Below are positions 57,522 through 64,000 of a DNA stretch of 64,000 nt, one piece after another. The notes under the pieces were generated by a model. It did no database searches. It was not told the DNA's origin and saw only the letters and a program-made list of their open reading frames with translations. Origin of the DNA: a virus; the IMG/VR virus record IMGVR_UViG_3300037189_027540, positions 3,599-67,598 of that record; one strand, written 5' to 3'. Within the stretch, counting starts at the first letter, position 1. Every line of letters begins with the position of its first letter. A program made the position numbers and the translations under genes.

Positions 57522-58030
57522 TGTCTGACCCAGAAAATTTAGATGATCTAATTAATGAGTTAAAATCGCCCGGTTTGGTTAGCAAACCAATCGAAGAACC
57601 GCTTCGTCATTTGGATAACAGACCTACTGTCGAAATAATGGGTTCAGCTCAAGCTGCGCAAGCTCCTGTCGATGTTAAGAAATATTTAGATCAATTAGAT
57701 CTCGTAACAGATGAAGTGCTTCAATCATGTAGATCTGACCGACAGGAAGCACAAGATACCATTAACTTGATTCGCGAAGAGATCGCAAAAGACATTGCAC
57801 GTGGCCAATCACCCGGCAGATTGCTAGAATCATTGGTCACTGCTGTGGAAGTGAAGTCGGGCATTAATGGTACCGCCGTGAAAATGTTAGAGACTGCTGC
57901 TAAGACGCTAGCTGCCACCAAGGCTACATTAAATGTCAATAATATAAGTGTCAGTGGTAATAACGCAGCCAACATGGTCGATGCAGATCTGACCAAGCTT
58001 CTAGCTGACACGCAGGAGTTTCAGTATTAA
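57521..58030 (+). CDS. Putative terminase small subunit
   Basis: 169-aa helical protein immediately upstream of the terminase large subunit; assignment is positional only. Confidence 0.5.
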   Translation: MSDPENLDDLINELKSPGLVSKPIEEPLRHLDNRPTVEIMGSAQAAQAPVDVKKYLDQLDLVTDEVLQSCRSDRQEAQDTINLIREEIAKDIARGQSPGRLLESLVTAVEVKSGINGTAVKMLETAAKTLAATKATLNVNNISVSGNNAANMVDADLTKLLADTQEFQY

Positions 58031-58052
58031 GATTTCATCGACGCAGCGTGAA

Positions 58053-60029
58053 GTGATCAAACGATGTCGAGATTCATGCTTATGGTTTCTGAATGCATTT
58101 GGTAAGATAAAGCATCCTTCAGCTGGCATGTTACCTTTTACTCCATTTAAATATCAGCAGAGAGCTATACAGTCATTCCGAGAGAATAAATTAAATATCT
58201 TTAGAAAATGTCGTCAGGCTGGAATCAGTAAGATAAGCGGAGCATTTGCGCTCTGGTTTGCAATGTTTAATAATTATAAAACCATATTGATTGTCTCAAG
58301 GAAAAACGACGATGCTATGAGCTTCCTGAGGGAGCATATAGTCTTTCTGTATGAAAACTTGCCAGAATGGATGCAAGAGCTTTGGAAGCCTATAAAATTA
58401 AATGAACACGAAATCATATTCCCTAATAATAGCAAGATAACGAGCTTAACCAGCCATCCGGAAGTATTGAGATCACACGCATCATCGTTGAACATTATTG
58501 ACGAAGCGGCGTTTATTCAAGGCATGGATGTAATGTGGGCTGCAGGCTGGCCTACGTTGCAACATGGTGGCCGTGTCATATGCATTAGCACCACCGCTGG
58601 TGTAGGCGGGTGGTACTGGTCCACGTGGACGGACGCAGAACAACGCATAAATGGATGGAACCCCATTAGTATTAATTGGTGGGATATGGACTGGGCTATA
58701 GAATATAAAGACCAATTGTCAAACGATTTTAAGAGGATAGCGCCAACCGATAATCTTGTCAACTGCGATAACCAATTAATCGACGTTTCACAGTTTGGCA
58801 GGTTAAAGTTAGACCCCATGAAATATGGCCCCAAGTGGAGCCCCTGGCTAGAAGACCAATATAGAGCGCTACAAGAGCAAGGTGAGGGGTGGAAGTTCGA
58901 GCAGGAAATATTAGCTCATTTTGTAGGCAGTGGCGGTACCGTCCTGGACAAAAGCGTGCTATCTTATATGGGTGACTGCGTCCAGAAGCCAGATGAGAAG
59001 GTCAAGGGGATACAGGTTTATGTAAATCCAGCGAGTAATGAAGAAGAAGATATGGATTTCGAATTTGACTCAGAAGATGAAGGATTTTGGATTTGGAAAA
59101 AGCCGGTCCTTACTATACCGGAGCGTAGACGCAGTGGGATATTGTTAAATCCGACTATCCCAGCTCACAGTTACGTTATGGGCGTGGATATGGCGACGGG
59201 TAAGGGCCGTGACTACAGTGCGATAGAAATCTTCGATGTCGATACTAGGGAGCAAGTGGCAGAGTTCATGGCTAGAGTGCTTCCCAGAGAATTCGTAAAA
59301 TATATCGATCGTATAGGCAGATACTTCAATTGCGCGTTAGCTGTGGTGGAACGGAATAACGGGGGCGATATAATCATCGATCAGCTCAGATATGACATAC
59401 AATATCCGCGGTTGTGGCGGCGTAAGGATCTAAATGATAAGCCTACACCTGGTGGAGCTAGTCGTAAGCGCCAAAAAGCAATGAAGGTAGCCGCTTACGG
59501 TTTTGCTACTACAGGGAGCAGCAAAGCGTCACTCAATAAATTATTGATGGATCACTTCCGCACCAATGGTGAGGAGGGATATACGATTTATTCCGAGCGA
59601 TTATATAAACAATTTCAAACGTATGTTCGTAAACGTGATAGAATGGGCAGAGATACTATGAGAACAGAGGCTGAAGAAGGTTCAGGTAATCACGACGACT
59701 TGGTTATTGCGACCGCTTTGGCTATGGTAGGTCTTGCTGATGCTGGTTTCTCAGATAGCTCAGGCTTGATGCCTGTGAATGGCGGTTTGGATTTTAAGAG
59801 CCCACTAGGGTCTATTATACAAAAAGATGTGTCTAAGGCGGCTTTGCAGAAAAGCATCCTCGAATCCGGAATGGGTGTAATGATGCCGATAGCTTTGGCT
59901 CCCACTGATTTCCCTGATATAGCAGCGTCTCGCGCTATTGATGCCTTCACGCTGCAGCTAGGTGCTATTCCGATCTCACAAGGTCGACCAGTAATTACTC
60001 CACCCAAATATTTTAAAAGAGATGAATAA
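58053..60029 (+). CDS. terL: Terminase large subunit, T4 gp17-like
   Basis: 'PFKYQ', Walker A variant 'KCRQAGIS', Walker B 'IIDEAAF', 'ISTTAG', nuclease 'MGVDMATG.GRDYS', 'VVERNN', 'HDDLVIA'. Confidence 0.95.
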   Translation: MIKRCRDSCLWFLNAFGKIKHPSAGMLPFTPFKYQQRAIQSFRENKLNIFRKCRQAGISKISGAFALWFAMFNNYKTILIVSRKNDDAMSFLREHIVFLYENLPEWMQELWKPIKLNEHEIIFPNNSKITSLTSHPEVLRSHASSLNIIDEAAFIQGMDVMWAAGWPTLQHGGRVICISTTAGVGGWYWSTWTDAEQRINGWNPISINWWDMDWAIEYKDQLSNDFKRIAPTDNLVNCDNQLIDVSQFGRLKLDPMKYGPKWSPWLEDQYRALQEQGEGWKFEQEILAHFVGSGGTVLDKSVLSYMGDCVQKPDEKVKGIQVYVNPASNEEEDMDFEFDSEDEGFWIWKKPVLTIPERRRSGILLNPTIPAHSYVMGVDMATGKGRDYSAIEIFDVDTREQVAEFMARVLPREFVKYIDRIGRYFNCALAVVERNNGGDIIIDQLRYDIQYPRLWRRKDLNDKPTPGGASRKRQKAMKVAAYGFATTGSSKASLNKLLMDHFRTNGEEGYTIYSERLYKQFQTYVRKRDRMGRDTMRTEAEEGSGNHDDLVIATALAMVGLADAGFSDSSGLMPVNGGLDFKSPLGSIIQKDVSKAALQKSILESGMGVMMPIALAPTDFPDIAASRAIDAFTLQLGAIPISQGRPVITPPKYFKRDE

Positions 60030-60101
60030 ATGTTGATTCAGCTAACTTAATGCAGCATTAAACTATCATAGATCTTTGAAGCTAAATTGAATCGAGTTAG
60101 A

Positions 60102-60506
60102 TCAGAATGCCACTATAGCCCATGATGTTAAGCAATTGCCATCATGGGTATTAAACCATTTCTTATTAAATTTCACGAGCGATTCTTTTAATTCTCCTAA
60201 AACAGGGCAGTTATAGATGATTTTTCGAGGTTCAAAGCCTTTAACTAGAACGTAATGACCATCTATTAAGCATATAATTGGTAATTTTCGAGCTACGAAA
60301 TATTTTAATAGATGTATAGTCATGTTTCCTGCTACGACTTGTAAACCTTTTTCTCTTAAGAAGCTTTCGATGGTTCGAATTTGGACTCCATCAACGGCAT
60401 TGGCAAGAGAGCCGTGTCTACGGACTTTGTGGTAATTAAGTAGCATTTGCAAGCATGCTACGCCACAATCAGAATCGCCATTTTGGTATATCGGTGATAT
60501 GTCCAT
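60102..60506 (-). CDS. C39-like cysteine peptidase (stand-alone domain)
   Basis: 'YQNGDSDCGVACLQMLL' and 'GHYVLVKG'; AGGAG RBS. Confidence 0.85.
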   Translation of the reverse strand: MDISPIYQNGDSDCGVACLQMLLNYHKVRRHGSLANAVDGVQIRTIESFLREKGLQVVAGNMTIHLLKYFVARKLPIICLIDGHYVLVKGFEPRKIIYNCPVLGELKESLVKFNKKWFNTHDGNCLTSWAIVAF

Positions 60507-60643
60507 GAGGGGCTCCTGTTACAGTATTTTCCCTCGGTGGCGAGTATCTGTAGATAAGTTGCTGGGCCAGATGCGCATTTAATAAATGTTAGCCCAATCT
60601 ATGTGTTACATTTTATTAAAGATAGAATTATAGGAGTTAATCG

Positions 60644-62656
60644 ATGCCTAGCAATTGGTTGGTATTTGACCGCATCAGGGCTTTAACTAAAAATTTCAAC
60701 ATCTATCCTGTAGAACGGATTTTTAGTAATCAAAGCAATCTTGATAAATTGACAGCTGGCGGAGAATTCTTAGACTTTAACCAGTCTGCTGCTATTCTCG
60801 ATCAGACTAACCTGCAAATTAATCGGCTGGAGAGATATAAAGACTACGAACAGATGGATCAGACTGGCGAGATCAGCCTGGCGCTGGACTTATATGCGGA
60901 CGAAGCAAGTTTGGTAGACCCAGAAGTCAAGCATACTTTGGTCATCAAGGCTAAAACACGACGAATAAAGAAGGAATTAGAAGAGCTATTTTACAATGTA
61001 CTTCATTGGGACAACCAACTTCGGCCCACTGTAAGATATCTCTGTAAGTATGGCGATTTGCCATTCGAAGTGATTCTAGATGCGAATCGCACTGGTGTAA
61101 CTGCATTAAAATACATGTCAGTTTATAATTTTACGAGAATAGAGACCAGGTATGGTGACTTAGTAGGCTTCTTTTATAGCGATCCTTTGTGGAGCAAGCC
61201 GATGTTCCTGCATCCTTGGCAGGTGATGCACCTCAGGCTATCTAGCTTCGAAAACATTTTTGCACCCTATGGCCGATCAATTTTAGATGGCGGTCGTAAA
61301 GCATTTAAACAATTGCGCTTGATGGAAGACGCAGCGTTGATTTATAGAATCACTCGTGCTCCTGAAAAACGTAAATTCACCATTCCTGTTGGCAATATAC
61401 CCCCCAAAGAGGTGCCTGAATACTTGCAGATGATAGCTCGTAATTTCAAACGTCAGAGGTTCTATAATCCAACTACTGGTTCGTTCGATGAACGATATAG
61501 CCCATTGATTCAAGAAGACGATTTTTTCTTACCTAGGCGAGCCGATGGATCCGGTCCTGATGTGGAGACCTTGCCTGGTGGCGAGAATATGGACAAGATC
61601 CAGGATATCGAGTACTTTAAGAAAAAGATGATTGCGCCGATGAAGATCCCATTTGCAAGGGTTGGTATCGGTGAGGGTGCTGGTGAAGCTAACGAGAAAA
61701 GCCTGTCACAAAGTAGCAGTGAATTCGCTAAGTCGGTACAGTGGATTCAGCGAGAAGTGTCCGCCGGATTAACGAAGGTGGCCATTGTACATTTAGCGTT
61801 AAGAGGTTTCGGAGCTGACGATTTAAAAGGCTTTACTATAAATTGTACCGCTAATAGTGCGATGGAAGAACTTTATCGCATAGAGACGTGGGCAACTCGC
61901 GTTAACGTTATGAGCGACATCAAGGGGCTCGGCTGGTTTCCTAAAGACTGGATCGTCACGCATTTTACTGATCTGTCTCCCGATGAGATCCAAGAGATAG
62001 ATGAATATGCTGCCAATGAGGAAGAAGGTGGTGGTGGAGGTGGCGGCGGCGGTAGCGGCGGTGGTAGCAGTATACTAGGAGACATGGGTGCTGGACTTGA
62101 CATTGGTGGTGGAGATGAAGGTGGAGGAGATGGCGGTTTAGGTGATTTAGATCTTGGCGGTGCACCAGGGGCTGGCCCAGAAGACGCAGGAGCTGAGGCT
62201 GCTGGCGGTGAAACGCCGGATGTCGGCGGTGAGGCTGCTGCTGCGGCGGCGCCACCTGAGCCAATGGAAGGTCGGATCAGGGGTTACGATTACGAAGCTG
62301 AAGATCGAGTCATTAATGAAATGCGCAGTAATAAAAAGAAAGAGCGACGCCGTGAAATCCTTGAATCATGGCGGAAAAAACGTGGAGATTTCGTCGGAGA
62401 CGAAGCGATTGTAAACGGTTTCCAAGCTTTAATGGAGTCAAAGGAGCTGGATGGTCTCACTAAAGGCGGCTACAGTGCCGCTGATGAATTCGGCTACACT
62501 AGGCCGTTGGGTAGTAGCATCTTCAAGGTGACTATTAGTGAGGATGTCATTCGAGAAGTGATTAAAGAGAATTACGAAGTAATAGTGAATAAAGATGATG
62601 TTACAGCTACGATTGGCGATTCGGTGATTTCTGAAGCGGATCTGCCTAAGATATGA
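60644..62656 (+). CDS. Portal protein, T4 gp20-like, with a Gly/acidic C-terminal extension
   Basis: 'DYEQMD...EISLALD', 'KQLRLMEDAALIYRITRAPEKR', 'EDDFFLPRR...VETLPGGEN...IQDIEYFKKK'; AGGAG RBS. Confidence 0.95.
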   Translation: MPSNWLVFDRIRALTKNFNIYPVERIFSNQSNLDKLTAGGEFLDFNQSAAILDQTNLQINRLERYKDYEQMDQTGEISLALDLYADEASLVDPEVKHTLVIKAKTRRIKKELEELFYNVLHWDNQLRPTVRYLCKYGDLPFEVILDANRTGVTALKYMSVYNFTRIETRYGDLVGFFYSDPLWSKPMFLHPWQVMHLRLSSFENIFAPYGRSILDGGRKAFKQLRLMEDAALIYRITRAPEKRKFTIPVGNIPPKEVPEYLQMIARNFKRQRFYNPTTGSFDERYSPLIQEDDFFLPRRADGSGPDVETLPGGENMDKIQDIEYFKKKMIAPMKIPFARVGIGEGAGEANEKSLSQSSSEFAKSVQWIQREVSAGLTKVAIVHLALRGFGADDLKGFTINCTANSAMEELYRIETWATRVNVMSDIKGLGWFPKDWIVTHFTDLSPDEIQEIDEYAANEEEGGGGGGGGGSGGGSSILGDMGAGLDIGGGDEGGGDGGLGDLDLGGAPGAGPEDAGAEAAGGETPDVGGEAAAAAAPPEPMEGRIRGYDYEAEDRVINEMRSNKKKERRREILESWRKKRGDFVGDEAIVNGFQALMESKELDGLTKGGYSAADEFGYTRPLGSSIFKVTISEDVIREVIKENYEVIVNKDDVTATIGDSVISEADLPKI

Positions 62657-62703
62657 TTTTTCTCGCAAACCTATTTATAAGTAGTGGTATTGAGGGATTT
62701 AAA

Positions 62704-64000
62704 ATGAGCGTCAAGAAGTCTGAGCCTGTGAAAATTGATAGTCGTAAATTTTTAAGCATTATAAATGACAGCGCTCAATCGAAGATAGCGTTCTTCGAAG
62801 ATCGTGTAAAAGAAATCGGCAAAAGCCTCAGCAAAGACTACCGGCTTGCGGCGCTCCAACCTAGTGATTTGGTGTTTGAGGACGTGAATAGCAATGAGTA
62901 CTTCATCGCTAATCATAGTAAAAACAATGGTCGCATTGAGATTTCGAACATACGCCCTGTCGAAATCTATGATAACGAGAAGAAGCAGCTGTACTTTGAA
63001 AGCTGCTTAAAGCTCGTCAATGCGATAGAGGAAAATGACCAGAAAGAAATGGGCAATGCTTTCAGCCGTATGAAAGCACAGCGGTTCAGCTCCCGCATCA
63101 TCCCGGAACACGGTTACGTGGTTGGCCGTGATGGAATTAGCCGTAAGGTTAATGTTGTAGAAGGCGCTACGATTGCAGCTAAGGTCAAGCGGCAAATCGT
63201 CGAAGCGGTGGTTGATTCATTACGTGACAAAGTCGTAGTTGAAAACAATACTGTGGTAAGTGCATACTTCAATGACGGTGAGCCCGTCAACTTACCTGTC
63301 ACCAAATGGGCAGGCAGGAAGCTGATAGCCAAGAACATGCGTGAGACCGCCAAAGACGCATATCTTTCACCTGGTTTCCAAAATCGAATCGCTAAGATAG
63401 CGAAGCAAATCACCGAAGGTAAAGTGGCCGGAGCTGTTAGCTTTATCAAGCCATTCTTGTTAGAAAATGAAGAATTCACACTACTGACCAAGAAAGAACT
63501 GCACAAGCTAGTTGAGAGCACTCTAGCGACAAAGGCAGTATTTAATCAACAGCTGTGTGAAGATGTTGCGACCTTGGTATATCGCACTAACCTCAAGGTA
63601 AATCGTGATACCATCTTGAATGAATGGATGCGAATTGGTAAATTCTGCGAGCATCCAACTTTAATTGAGAACGTCCATAAGCTCGAAGAGAGCCGCAAGT
63701 TCGAAGCGTCTTATGACTGCTTCTTGCAGATGCTGTTCGAAGCTATCTCTAATCGTGAAGTCGCTGCGGAAGCTTTGGCGACGACGCTTGACAGCCTTAA
63801 GACTCGGACTCCGCGGATTTCTGAGAGCAATGACTTAAGTTCAAAGTTAGCTAGCCTCGTTTCACGCCTTCGCTCGAAGAACGTTGACGATAACGCTATA
63901 AATGAAGCTGAAGATCTAATCGCCACTATTCAGGAAGAGCTGTCGGCTCAAGATACTCTGCAAGATTACGATTCAATGCCTGGCGCTCAAGAGGCCCAAG
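62704..64000 (+). CDS. Large head-cluster protein, truncated at the window end (possible prohead core/scaffold)
   Basis: Open frame from ATG 62704 (MSVKKSEPVKIDSRKF...) to the window end, after a GAGG RBS. It is absent from the ORF track because it has no stop. Function is inferred only from its position after the portal. Confidence 0.7.
   Translation, partial: MSVKKSEPVKIDSRKFLSIINDSAQSKIAFFEDRVKEIGKSLSKDYRLAALQPSDLVFEDVNSNEYFIANHSKNNGRIEISNIRPVEIYDNEKKQLYFESCLKLVNAIEENDQKEMGNAFSRMKAQRFSSRIIPEHGYVVGRDGISRKVNVVEGATIAAKVKRQIVEAVVDSLRDKVVVENNTVVSAYFNDGEPVNLPVTKWAGRKLIAKNMRETAKDAYLSPGFQNRIAKIAKQITEGKVAGAVSFIKPFLLENEEFTLLTKKELHKLVESTLATKAVFNQQLCEDVATLVYRTNLKVNRDTILNEWMRIGKFCEHPTLIENVHKLEESRKFEASYDCFLQMLFEAISNREVAAEALATTLDSLKTRTPRISESNDLSSKLASLVSRLRSKNVDDNAINEAEDLIATIQEELSAQDTLQDYDSMPGAQEAQ

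Noticed and set aside
63007-63926. Minus-strand ORFs near the window end
   Set aside because: They lie antisense to the uninterrupted + strand ORF starting at 62704.

Overview
This window is a 64-kb segment of a large, T4-like (jumbo-type) dsDNA bacteriophage genome in the standard genetic code. The right end holds the core head and replication cluster: a class II ribonucleotide reductase with two LAGLIDADG inteins, a UvsW-like helicase, a gp55-like late sigma factor, terminase, a gp20-like portal and a truncated downstream gene. Nucleotide and DNA-metabolism genes are dispersed (dTMP kinase-dUTPase fusion, ThyX, C5 DNA methyltransferase, NucS-like and PD-(D/E)XK nucleases, NUDIX, a sigma-70-type factor). 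The middle is dominated by probable virion-surface proteins: two collagen-containing paralogs, an AT-rich frameshifted fibre-like gene, and 2640-aa and 919-aa multi-LamG proteins with mucin-like poly-Thr linkers. Five glycosyltransferases, a sulfotransferase and two SAM methyltransferases are interleaved with these. The strongest candidates for undescribed systems are: (1) a pair of GT4 genes placed between two LamG/poly-Thr genes whose facing ends carry the same PTTTTTAAP peptide, suggesting dedicated glycosylation of mucin-like virion proteins; (2) a Cys-rich small peptide plus radical SAM/SPASM pair resembling a phage-encoded RiPP system; (3) an in-phase U_UUU_UUA -1 slippery site joining two ORFs of the AT-rich island. 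No tRNA, rRNA or CRISPR array was recognised. All product calls come from motif recognition by eye, without database searches.
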